A stretch of DNA of 64,000 bases from a virus. Shown one piece after another: positions 47,628 to 55,630 of the stretch. The position numbers and the translations under genes are program-made. The stretch covers positions 1 to 64,000 of IMG/VR virus record IMGVR_UViG_3300023181_000029; one strand, written 5' to 3'. The notes under the pieces were generated by a model, which was not told the DNA's origin, ran no database searches, and saw only the letters and a list, made by a program, of their open reading frames with translations. How positions within the stretch are numbered: position 1 is the stretch's first letter; each line of letters opens with the position of its first letter.

Positions 47628-47797
47628 ATGGTTTCTTTTACGTAATCTTCAATTGATAATTCACTGCAAAAACTTTCGTACACATCACCACGTGTTGGTA
47701 GCCGGTATTTATACCCCGCAACCTCTAGGGCTTCACATATTGCGCTCCAATACTTATCAAGGTCTTCGTTGTACCAGTTATCTGTTTGTGTGCTCAT
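47624..47797 (-). CDS. Hypothetical protein, 57 aa (not in ORF track)
   Basis: MSTQTDNWYN...; overlaps both neighbours. Confidence 0.6.
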   Translation of the reverse strand: MSTQTDNWYNEDLDKYWSAICEALEVAGYKYRLPTRGDVYESFCSELSIEDYVKETI

Positions 47798-47937
47798 TAT
47801 CTATCTAATTGGCTTTCGTTAATGTAAAAGTACATTCCATATTCATGTGAGTTAATAAACTTTTCAGCTTTCTCTCTTGTGCTAAAGCCCTGAATATAAC
47901 TATCCGTAATTTCTCTAAAAACTAAGTACACTATCAT
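47797..47937 (-). CDS. Hypothetical protein, 46 aa (not in ORF track)
   Basis: MIVYLVF..GFSTREKAEKFI; follows promoter. Confidence 0.6.
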   Translation of the reverse strand: MIVYLVFREITDSYIQGFSTREKAEKFINSHEYGMYFYINESQLDR

Positions 47938-47942
47938 GTTTG

Positions 47943-47987
47943 TGGTTTTTGTCTTACAAATATAACACAAAGGTTTTGATTTAGCAA
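47943..47987 (-). promoter_or_regulatory. Promoter and leader, copy 1
   Basis: TTGC..TATATTTG-TAAGACAAAAACCAC on minus strand. Confidence 0.7.
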
Positions 47988-48023
47988 GTCTAAAGACGCT
48001 ATTATATGAAGTAACGTTTCCTT

Positions 48024-48737
48024 TTACCGCTTCTGCTTCTCGATGAAGTTGGCAAAGTAGGTATTATCCATGTAGCGGAGCGTGTCAAGCAAGTGGGTGC
48101 GCTTTAAATCCGTTTTCACCATGCGCCCTTCCTCTATAGCGTCTTTCATCAACTTGCCTGATTCCCAGCGCACTAGCCTCATGTCCTCAATAAGGTTATA
48201 GCAGCTGGAATGAAACTTCCTGTTAGGGTGGCGGCCAAGTATCGTATTTGATAAAGTCCGGCTCTCGCTTACATTGGGGTTGGAGCGGGTTACATCAATC
48301 TTTGCGGGCTTTAGCACTTGCTGTACTATTTCCCAATCCCGGAACCTGGATGAGGTCTTACGTGCCCAGCCGCTACTATCACCGGTGCATCTTATGTGGC
48401 AATGCCCTAACTCGGCTTTAATCCTTTCGCATAGCTTTTCAGTGTTGCTATCGTTCAAATTATATTCCTTGAGCGTATAGTACCAGCCATCCCCGTACTG
48501 ATGCACAGAGCATGTTATAGGATCTACGTTAAAGTCAAATGACAAGTAAACGGTAAGCCGTGGGTTGATAGTTATTGAATCGTCAATAAAGGATTCATCC
48601 CAGCAGTACATAAATGGATTCGTAACCTCTGTATGGCCCCATTCGCCTTTAAAGTATATCCGGTAGTAGTCATAGATGAACACAAAAGTAATCATCGTAA
48701 TTGGAATTATAAACAAGAGCCTGTCAAGCAACATCAT
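48024..48737 (-). CDS. TM helix fused to terminase-type RNase H nuclease domain
   Basis: YRIYFKGEWG, SFDFNVDP, GDSSG, NP..ESR, HLLDTLRY; no ATPase domain. Confidence 0.75.
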   Translation of the reverse strand: MMLLDRLLFIIPITMITFVFIYDYYRIYFKGEWGHTEVTNPFMYCWDESFIDDSITINPRLTVYLSFDFNVDPITCSVHQYGDGWYYTLKEYNLNDSNTEKLCERIKAELGHCHIRCTGDSSGWARKTSSRFRDWEIVQQVLKPAKIDVTRSNPNVSESRTLSNTILGRHPNRKFHSSCYNLIEDMRLVRWESGKLMKDAIEEGRMVKTDLKRTHLLDTLRYMDNTYFANFIEKQKR

Positions 48738-48892
48738 TGTAAAACACTTAAGCAGGTTACCATAAGGACTATTAAAGACAGTATAAGCGTAAAACTAGTA
48801 AAGGCAATAGTATAAACATGAGCCTCAAATTTGCGTCGCCCGCCATAGCTTGCTAAATACCTATTATTCCAGAGTGTAATAAATTCCCTCAT
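48734..48892 (-). CDS. Small membrane protein, 52 aa (not in ORF track)
   Basis: C-terminal hydrophobic helix; ATGA overlaps on both sides. Confidence 0.55.
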   Translation of the reverse strand: MREFITLWNNRYLASYGGRRKFEAHVYTIAFTSFTLILSLIVLMVTCLSVLQ

Positions 48893-49119
48893 AAGGTGCG
48901 GTTTTTAGCTTTCATATCAAGCAAACCGTTCAATACAGTCAAGATATAATTAGCACCAATTAGGTTAACGATAGGAATAAATGCAACTATCAGTAATGGT
49001 TTCTTCTTAAAATTCTCATCCTGCCGGGCTGCCCAAAACGTAAAGCATACAATAACAAGCAATGGGAATACGTATGCAAATACACTAATCCATAAATACT
49101 CCTCGTTAGTAAACTCCAT
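48889..49119 (-). CDS. Two-TM membrane protein
   Basis: Hydrophobic helices, FIPIVN motif. Confidence 0.65.
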   Translation of the reverse strand: MEFTNEEYLWISVFAYVFPLLVIVCFTFWAARQDENFKKKPLLIVAFIPIVNLIGANYILTVLNGLLDMKAKNRTL

Positions 49120-49123
49120 AGCC

Positions 49124-49168
49124 GTGGTTTTGTCCTACAAATATACACCTTGCTTTCTATTGTGCAAA
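49124..49168 (-). promoter_or_regulatory. Promoter and leader, copy 2
   Basis: TTTGCA..TATATTTG-TAGGACAAAACCAC on minus strand. Confidence 0.7.
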
Positions 49169-49187
49169 TTTTTGTCGTACAAATATT

Positions 49188-49631
49188 TTACTTCTTTACG
49201 TCAATGCGAGTTTTAGCCTTATGACATGACTTGCATAGTCCTTGAAAATTCCACAAACCCATTCCGCCACCGCCTTTATGAACCGGCAATATGTGGTCAA
49301 CATCATCAAAGCCTTCTACGCCGCAATGTTTACAGAAATCCCCTTGAGTAATATACAACATACGCCGTATAGACGAACTATCAGAGGAGCATAACCGCCA
49401 TAACCACTCTAATGTAGAAGCACATTCGCTAGAAGACCAGCGCGTTTGACGACCTGTAATCGGTGTTCCGCAGCCACAATCGCATAATCCATCGTTCTTA
49501 GGCGGCAATAATCTAGTAAAGAAATTAGATGTCTTTTGTCTGCGGCTGTATGGATTAATAATACCATCAGCAACCAACTTATTAAATCGGGCTAAATCAT
49601 AATTGGCTACTATTTGTGGTATTGTATCCAT
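49188..49631 (-). CDS. HNH endonuclease
   Basis: CxxC..DVDHILPVHKGGG..NFQGLCKSCHKAKT; TAGCTTTG box 49640..49647. Confidence 0.85.
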   Translation of the reverse strand: MDTIPQIVANYDLARFNKLVADGIINPYSRRQKTSNFFTRLLPPKNDGLCDCGCGTPITGRQTRWSSSECASTLEWLWRLCSSDSSSIRRMLYITQGDFCKHCGVEGFDDVDHILPVHKGGGGMGLWNFQGLCKSCHKAKTRIDVKK

Positions 49632-49665
49632 GTGTAGAACAAAGCTAAATAGAATTTCCTGTAAT

Positions 49666-49673
49666 GGGCAGGG
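49666..49673 (+). other. KOPS-like octamer GGGCAGGG pointing toward dif
   Basis: Matches GGGNAGGG. Confidence 0.55.
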
Positions 49674-49740
49674 AGTATTAATACTATAAATGGTAAAAGG
49701 TAATTGCTATAGGGTACCTGTGATATAATGAGAGGTGACC

Positions 49741-49908
49741 TGCGGAAATGTTTCGGGAATACTAATATTGACTATCTCTGCTTGATAACAATCTTGCTTG
49801 ACAGAGTATATGTGTACTTCGTGCATGTATACCGGGCATTTAATCCGCGAGGGCAAGTCGCTCAATCTCGACCGGGTACATCAACCTCACGAAATCCTAA
49901 CTTGCCCA
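49741..49908 (+). ncRNA. Candidate structured ncRNA
   Basis: Nested stems with G-U pairs favouring the + strand. Confidence 0.4.
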
Positions 49909-50273
49909 CCAATTTCAAAACCAAAGCACAAAAGCCAGTCCATACTATAGAACTAAGCTAAAACATGGTTATGACGTAGCGATACATCAATTAATCATGT
50001 GTGCTAATGGGAATGACTTACTGTGTGGTATGTGCTAGGCTGTGGTGCTAATGCGAATTATCTCATTAGGTTGCAATACGTCTATGGTTAAGTTATCATA
50101 CACGCCAGTTAAACGACTAGGTGAATATAACGACTGCTCATACATTGTATGTATTTCAATTAAGTATCTTGTTTGGTTGCTCATAGGGCTAAGGTAATAA
50201 TATTGCAGTTAACTATATTAGCGATGATAGTTTACAATGCGCCTAATTACATGTTATTTCTGGATTATCGGTG

Positions 50274-50286
50274 GGGTAGGGGAGGG
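50274..50286 (+). other. Two overlapping KOPS-like octamers
   Basis: GGGTAGGG 50274..50281 and GGGGAGGG 50279..50286. Confidence 0.6.
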
Positions 50287-50311
50287 GCTGAGGCACACTG
50301 ACATAATGGCT

Positions 50312-50339
50312 ATTTAACATAAACGTGGTTATCGTGGGA
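50312..50339 (-). other. dif: dif-like XerC/XerD recombination site
   Basis: Minus strand TCCCACGATAA-CCACGT-TTATGTTAAAT; XerD arm identical to the canonical dif arm; 11-6-11 layout; intergenic. Confidence 0.8.
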
Positions 50340-50353
50340 TTTTGGTAAACGCT

Positions 50354-50381
50354 GGAAACTTTAAATGTTCCCGCAGTTTCC
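50354..50381. promoter_or_regulatory. 28-bp imperfect palindrome, copy 1
   Basis: GGAAACTTTAA-ATGTTC-CCGCAGTTTCC. Confidence 0.6.
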
Positions 50382-50433
50382 TATTGCAATCCTCATACCT
50401 ATGTATTATCTTTGTTGACATAAGTCGCTGCAA

Positions 50434-50658
50434 ATGATTAGTAAAAGCCCACTTTTGGCAAAAGACATACTTAAGGAAGCACGTAAAAGGCGTAAATTGA
50501 CGCTATCGCAGGCCGCAATAGTTACTAAAATTAAGGCATCGACACTATCAAGGTATGAAAACGGCAACAGAAAGATATCAGCAGATGACTTTATAAGTAT
50601 TTTGGGTTATTATAGTGCTCATATTGCCATTATTGAGGCAGATTTTCTATTAACTTGA
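50434..50658 (+). CDS. XRE-family HTH regulator
   Basis: LKEARKRRKLTLSQAA..STLSRYENGNR; promoter TATCTTTG 50407..50414. Confidence 0.88.
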   Translation: MISKSPLLAKDILKEARKRRKLTLSQAAIVTKIKASTLSRYENGNRKISADDFISILGYYSAHIAIIEADFLLT

Positions 50659-50748
50659 CATTACCTGCTGGAATATGCACACAAAAGGCATGTTTTGGCA
50701 ATTATTATGAGTGAAAACAGGTGCAAGAAACAGTCAAAATCCCTTAAC

Positions 50749-50776
50749 GGAAACTTTAAACACACTGAAAGTTTCC
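50749..50776. promoter_or_regulatory. 28-bp imperfect palindrome, copy 2
   Basis: GGAAACTTTAA-ACACAC-TGAAAGTTTCC. Confidence 0.6.
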
Positions 50777-50818
50777 ATAGTTCCTATATTTTAGCGGTAA
50801 ATAGTTGATATTCACAGC

Positions 50819-51304
50819 GTGAGCAATGCGAAGTCATACGCCTATAAGACTAGCGGATATAATACTCCTGAGCGTGATACACAGAAGTCTGTCCCTGCTA
50901 TCACTGCTTATCTTCATGAGCGTAGGCGCATCTATACACTTGTCCTGCATGAATTATGCCCTCCCCGCCCTTCGGGGTCTACTGATAGACGTAAACGTAT
51001 CTTAGATGATATTGTACACTCTGACTTAGATACACTTCTTTACTGTGTTGGTCTGGATATGCGTGAGATAGTCATTATTATAGGCTGTGATTTACTCGAT
51101 AATACTGGCCTGCCTTTAGTTGAAGGCCTTTCAAAGCGTGAGTTTAACCGCATGGATAAATTAGGTCTATTAGGTATCCGCAAGCGTGGGCGTGTTGAGG
51201 TCGAAGGCAAATACTATGATACAGCACGAATATCTGATAAAGGCTTAAAGCTATGCGCACGTATTGGTGAGCTTGTGCGCAAGGTTGCGCAAGATTACCG
51301 ATAA
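50819..51304 (+). CDS. Hypothetical protein, possible winged helix
   Basis: MDKLGLL..ARISDKG wing-like motif. Confidence 0.5.
   Translation: MSNAKSYAYKTSGYNTPERDTQKSVPAITAYLHERRRIYTLVLHELCPPRPSGSTDRRKRILDDIVHSDLDTLLYCVGLDMREIVIIIGCDLLDNTGLPLVEGLSKREFNRMDKLGLLGIRKRGRVEVEGKYYDTARISDKGLKLCARIGELVRKVAQDYR
50959..50966 (-). other. KOPS-like octamer pointing toward dif from the right
   Basis: CCCTCCCC on plus = GGGGAGGG on minus. Confidence 0.45.
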
Positions 51305-51305
51305 T

Positions 51306-51338
51306 AACAAAGCCCCGCATTACTGCAAGGGCTTTGTT
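51306..51338. terminator. Bidirectional terminator
   Basis: AACAAAGCCC-N13-GGGCTTTGTT between convergent genes. Confidence 0.75.
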
Positions 51339-51356
51339 TAATTGTTGTTACTGGTG

Positions 51357-51518
51357 TTAGCTCTTAACTAATATCCGTAACGCTATAGATAGGGCTTCGT
51401 ATGCATCTCCTATTAATTTGTCTTTGTTGTGGCGGTCAGGATGTGCGCCTACTAGCCCCATTGCTTGCGCTATGTGTAATATTGCATCCTTTCTGCTCTT
51501 ATCTTCTTGCTCTTTCAT
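51357..51518 (-). CDS. Hypothetical protein, 53 aa (not in ORF track)
   Basis: MKEQEDKSRK...ILVKS*. Confidence 0.5.
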   Translation of the reverse strand: MKEQEDKSRKDAILHIAQAMGLVGAHPDRHNKDKLIGDAYEALSIALRILVKS

Positions 51519-51562
51519 TCTGTTATGTTTAGTGGCTAGTTATTTGATTTTCTTTCTAAAGC

Positions 51563-51679
51563 TAGCGGTTACTACATAATCACATAGTTCACTACCATAA
51601 GCCTCAATCCAATTTTGGGCTTGTGCGCTTTATATCCTGCTTATTATTACAATAATGAACCTCGCAATACTTCCCGCTA
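51563..51679 (-). ncRNA. Candidate structured RNA
   Basis: Nested stems UAGCGG/CCGCUA, GUUCAUUAU/GUAGUGAAC, AAGCC/GGCUU. Confidence 0.4.
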
Positions 51680-51737
51680 CTTATTACTAATTGGTGCCCT
51701 CCGGTGCTGTGTTATAGGCTTGATGTCTTTATAGTGC

Positions 51738-51932
51738 TCATATAATTTCCCTTGTGGTTATTGTAGTTACTTTTACTATGCGGGTTTGGTATGCCTCAAA
51801 TAGTTCGCTTGCTGCTGTCTTTGCCGCTTCACTTAATGTATCTTCAAGTATGGTGCATTGCGCCCAATTCTCATGCTTTGGGCTTTTGTATTCAATTTGG
51901 TAGTATTCCGTTGTTTCTGTCTTTGTGCTCAT
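51738..51932 (-). CDS. Hypothetical protein
   Basis: ORF in minus unit. Confidence 0.6.
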   Translation of the reverse strand: MSTKTETTEYYQIEYKSPKHENWAQCTILEDTLSEAAKTAASELFEAYQTRIVKVTTITTREII

Positions 51933-51935
51933 GGG

Positions 51936-52187
51936 TTAGATTTCTGTGATTATTATTTTAGGCATGTCATACGCTACATAGTAAGACCCTTTTATTTTCG
52001 TCTCTCCTATTTCCTGCAACTTATTAAATACTTCGCTGTGCTTACCCTTGTGCGCTGCGGTATTAGCGCCAACTTCACAAATAAATTTAGGGATGTTCTT
52101 TTCTACCCTGTAAACAAGTAGTGTGTAATTCGTGCCGCCCGTCTTTAGCCGCCTTTCTGATACTGTGGTGAATATGTAGCTTTTCAT
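51936..52187 (-). CDS. Hypothetical protein
   Basis: First ORF after promoter. Confidence 0.6.
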   Translation of the reverse strand: MKSYIFTTVSERRLKTGGTNYTLLVYRVEKNIPKFICEVGANTAAHKGKHSEVFNKLQEIGETKIKGSYYVAYDMPKIIITEI

Positions 52188-52219
52188 AAGTCCGTTTTTT
52201 GTTTCGATTATTAATACGT

Positions 52220-52383
52220 CAAACCTACATAAATGTTTTCATTTCTGCAAATTTATTTTTGCATGAAATTTATTTTTAGTGCTCAAATACAGTCGTAGTG
52301 CAGATTTATTGCTGAAAGAAAATTTATTTTGAATTATTTTCTGTAAAACATTTGGATTTATGGTTCCGATTGTATTATGTTTG
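52220..52383. promoter_or_regulatory. AT-rich divergent early promoter region
   Basis: Minus TAGGTTTG 52220..52227; plus TATGTTTG 52376..52383; three AAATTTATTTT tracts. Confidence 0.7.
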
Positions 52384-52442
52384 TGGAGAAGAAAATAACA
52401 ACTAATCAATCACAATTACGTAAACAGATAAAACGCAACTTT

Positions 52443-52613
52443 ATGACACCTACCAAATTAAACTTCTCAGGCGTGAAACATGATGTATACGATTTCCACA
52501 ATATACACGTAAAAAGAAACAATAAATTACTTTTCGTAAGGGCAAGCGAGGTTAATATAAATGAAAGCGTATATACAATAGATGGCTACCTAATGGGTCA
52601 AAGACTTAATTAA
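52443..52613 (+). CDS. Small early protein (ATG 52377 lies inside the promoter box)
   Basis: MTPTKLNF... after A-rich leader. Confidence 0.5.
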   Translation: MTPTKLNFSGVKHDVYDFHNIHVKRNNKLLFVRASEVNINESVYTIDGYLMGQRLN

Positions 52614-52678
52614 CCGAAACGGGTTTAGTCCCGTCTATGTCTACCCCATAAAGGACATACTGAGGAGAAGGGAATTAA
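52606..52678 (+). ncRNA. Type II hammerhead ribozyme
   Basis: C-GAAA, stem III ACGGG/CCCGU, GUC cleavage triplet (C52635), stem I UAUGUC/GACAUA, CUGAGGA-G core. Confidence 0.85.
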
Positions 52679-52704
52679 CTAATAAACTAAAAAAAATTGC
52701 ACCA

Positions 52705-53220
52705 ATGAAAGACAAGAAAGAAGTATTCAACCTGGCTAATGGCAATATACTAATTGTTGAATATGGTTTATTAACCACTAATTCGTCCCCATATTTTTCT
52801 ATTACCGGCAGTCTGTACGAAAAACAACCGCTAACAGATAGAAACATGATTTCGTGCAGTTGTATACATGATGATATACTAGACAATGCGCCACAATTTA
52901 CTGACCTTGTAGCATTGCACCTATCAGGCATTGACGGCACACCAATGTATGTAGTAGAGAATGGTTTTTATCACTTTCAAACTGCTATTGGAACAGCACA
53001 ATATCATACTAAAGAGGACGGAGATAGGGAGAAGTACACCAAAGTAGTAGCCGACCATTTACGTATCTCATTAGTAGATGCAACGGCACTAATTGAACGA
53101 CTGGAAAAACTTACACCAAGCCAGCAAAAAATGGAGTTTACGGAATTTGTAGTAAAACAGCGTGAGCGCTGGAATAAAGAAGCACAGGACGCAGTATCTA
53201 AATACGGCTTAACAGCTTAA
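52705..53220 (+). CDS. Early phage protein
   Basis: YFSITG, SCIHDDI, LHLSGIDGTPMY motifs. Confidence 0.7.
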   Translation: MKDKKEVFNLANGNILIVEYGLLTTNSSPYFSITGSLYEKQPLTDRNMISCSCIHDDILDNAPQFTDLVALHLSGIDGTPMYVVENGFYHFQTAIGTAQYHTKEDGDREKYTKVVADHLRISLVDATALIERLEKLTPSQQKMEFTEFVVKQRERWNKEAQDAVSKYGLTA

Positions 53221-53267
53221 CAACTTCCAATCCCTGCAATAATTCATAACACGTAAAAACTAAACCC

Positions 53268-53516
53268 ATGAATAAATCAAAACAATTGCGTCAGCTACTT
53301 AAGGAATTAGGCTATATAGACAATACGCTTATTAATGAATCTATGCAAGCATTTGAAAACAGTAAACCAATAGCGCATCCCTTAATAAACCTCATAGCGG
53401 ACAGGCTGCGTGTTAGCGCATGGGAAAATACAGCAGACAAGATAAAGAGCGATTTAAACACTTTAAAGAAGGCCAGTAAGCTAATCCAGCAATTACATGC
53501 CGATACTAACGCATAA
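53268..53516 (+). CDS. Hypothetical protein
   Basis: A-rich leader. Confidence 0.6.
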   Translation: MNKSKQLRQLLKELGYIDNTLINESMQAFENSKPIAHPLINLIADRLRVSAWENTADKIKSDLNTLKKASKLIQQLHADTNA

Positions 53517-53558
53517 GAAAGGACGATACAGATTAGAGCATATTTAAAAAAACTAACG

Positions 53559-53831
53559 ATGAAAAACAAGGAAATACTAACGGCGGCATTAAATGCGCTA
53601 GGCTACCCTGAAAAGCAACATTCTGCCATAATCGAAAAGTGTAATACTGGCGATTTTGGCAACCCGCTAACACTGTACATTGTAGCCACCATAAACAGCA
53701 GCGATGATACCGGCATGATAGAGGCAGACTTTGAAGATGTGCGGGAGATACTGCAAAACGTTATTGACGCAATACAAAACCTAACCCATGAAAAAGGACA
53801 CAACAATAACCGAAGTGCAATTTCTAGTTAA
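53559..53831 (+). CDS. Hypothetical protein
   Basis: A-rich leader. Confidence 0.6.
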   Translation: MKNKEILTAALNALGYPEKQHSAIIEKCNTGDFGNPLTLYIVATINSSDDTGMIEADFEDVREILQNVIDAIQNLTHEKGHNNNRSAISS

Positions 53832-54054
53832 TGACAAAGAACACGGATTCGATGATGTCTTTGCTTTTTTCCCAAAAGAAAACTATAACGATTTTTCAGA
53901 CCAAACGAAAAACTCGTACACCCATATCGGTCAACATGGGCCATGTCACGTAGACTATGCAGCAGAAAGCAGACCAGCGACACCGGAAGAATACAAAGAC
54001 CTGAAAAGTGAACTTGAATCATTGGGGTATAACTTGAAAATTGTGCAGCTATGA
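53788..54054 (+). CDS. Early phage protein
   Basis: VFAFFP, SYTHIGQH, PATPEEY..LESLGY motifs. Confidence 0.7.
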   Translation: MKKDTTITEVQFLVNDKEHGFDDVFAFFPKENYNDFSDQTKNSYTHIGQHGPCHVDYAAESRPATPEEYKDLKSELESLGYNLKIVQL

Positions 54055-54239
54055 ATATAAGGCAAAGATACCGCCTATCAGATATAGCGCTTGCTATTCA
54101 AAAAGTGCGAGATAATTGGGAGCGACTAACGTTAAGCGAAGACCCTATTTATGAAGTGGCGAAACTCAATCTTATGTGCCAAAGTGATGCGCAGATAGTA
54201 CTAACCATTGTTAAAAGCGAAAAACTAACCACAGCATGA
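54051..54239 (+). CDS. Hypothetical protein
   Basis: ATGA overlap. Confidence 0.55.
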   Translation: MNIRQRYRLSDIALAIQKVRDNWERLTLSEDPIYEVAKLNLMCQSDAQIVLTIVKSEKLTTA

Positions 54240-54372
54240 AGATAAAATACACCGACTGGCTTAATCTTGACAAAAGCAAGAAAGACGAGCTAAGAAGTAA
54301 AAACGAAGTTGTTTACCCGAAATCAATAGGCGCAAAACTCACTTTGGTGCCAAAACAAATAAAACTAGGATT

Positions 54373-54597
54373 GTGAAATACGCAAAAACTCACCCTGCTT
54401 TTAATTGGCGGGAATATGTCGAGAAAATACCACAAGGCGAAACTAATTGCATTTCGTGGGCATGGAGGCTAAACGGAGAGCGTATTAAATTTGACAAACT
54501 AGTAAAACTAGGGTATTACCAAAAACGTAGCTCAAAAGGCATTGACGCATTTACAAGAACCGGTAAAAGTTGGGCAGAACCACATTATACATTATAA
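54373..54597 (+). CDS. Hypothetical protein
   Basis: GTG start, co-oriented. Confidence 0.5.
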   Translation: MKYAKTHPAFNWREYVEKIPQGETNCISWAWRLNGERIKFDKLVKLGYYQKRSSKGIDAFTRTGKSWAEPHYTL

Positions 54598-54629
54598 CAA
54601 TGGAATTTACTAACGATAAAAAGTAGGCC

Positions 54630-54980
54630 ATGAGCGATAGTAAGAAAAGAACAATAACCCGCATGCTAGGTATTGCCTCAATGATGGGCGCAACTGGATT
54701 ATTTACGGAAGATAGGATACCAAAGAAGGGCGAAGAAAAGCCGTTTGAAGACTCATATTTACCATATGCAATAGAATTAAAACCGCATCATGGAGGCGAA
54801 CGATATTTAGGAAAACCAAAAACTAAGCAACCATACGGCACAAAATGGTTAGGGGATACTGAAAACTTAACCGTGCGCCCATTTCAGACTGGCAAACTGA
54901 ATCGGGAAATATTAGTTTATGGTGAAACCGAAGCAAAAGCACTAAAGAATTTAAAACTGAAACTAAAACACGAGAAATGA
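54630..54980 (+). CDS. Hypothetical protein
   Basis: Co-oriented ORF. Confidence 0.55.
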   Translation: MSDSKKRTITRMLGIASMMGATGLFTEDRIPKKGEEKPFEDSYLPYAIELKPHHGGERYLGKPKTKQPYGTKWLGDTENLTVRPFQTGKLNREILVYGETEAKALKNLKLKLKHEK

Positions 54981-55026
54981 GGCCACGTCAATACTATATC
55001 GCATTTTATTCCAATAAGCTAGAATC

Positions 55027-55314
55027 TTGGGTTTACCATTCTCGATAGCTAATACGGACGGCTGGAATAAAACATTAGAAGCAAATACTGACGGTTATGG
55101 GGCCGCAGGACTAAGATACGCGGCACGTTGGGCTAACTACATGGAGAAAGAAATAGCAAATGGCAATCAACTGTCAGACATAGCCGAACAAACAAGCAGT
55201 GAAGCAGATAAAGAAGGTATAACTGGCTTTCAATACGGATGTGCGTTATCTATTCTTACGCAAGTTTGGGCACACGGGGCAGAACTTAAAAAATGGAAGG
55301 AGGCTCAAAGATGA
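55027..55314 (+). CDS. Conserved phage protein
   Basis: YAARWA..ME, GITGFQYGCA..W.HG.EL motifs. Confidence 0.65.
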   Translation: MGLPFSIANTDGWNKTLEANTDGYGAAGLRYAARWANYMEKEIANGNQLSDIAEQTSSEADKEGITGFQYGCALSILTQVWAHGAELKKWKEAQR

Positions 55315-55450
55315 AAGCCATCCTGCAACTAATCCGTGGCGAAATCAGAGAGGAGCCGCCATATTATAGTCCCTTGAGGTGCTATAAAGCCAAAGATGCA
55401 AAATTTAATGACTGGGCTTTACATATTTCACAACAACTAAAACTCAAAAA

Positions 55451-55630
55451 ATGAAAAGAATATCACTATCAGATTTACAGGCAGTAATGCAATACGCCAA
55501 AGAAAAAAGCGAAAAAGCAGTAGGCTATTCTCATAAAATACAGGATTTTTGGGATGGCGTTTATCAAGACGCAAATGATGAATTTATCACTCGATTGCGT
55601 GAAATAGGATATAATGAATACGAATATTAA
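55451..55630 (+). CDS. Hypothetical protein, 59 aa (not in ORF track)
   Basis: MKRISLSDLQ...EYEY*. Confidence 0.5.
   Translation: MKRISLSDLQAVMQYAKEKSEKAVGYSHKIQDFWDGVYQDANDEFITRLREIGYNEYEY

Noticed and set aside
49728-49961. 77-aa ORF
   Set aside because: No recognisable features; overlaps the stem-rich segment better explained as RNA
50270-50293. G-quadruplex
   Set aside because: Only three long G-runs; KOPS-like octamers next to dif explain it better
52641-52940. 99-aa minus-strand ORF
   Set aside because: Antisense to a conserved gene and the ribozyme
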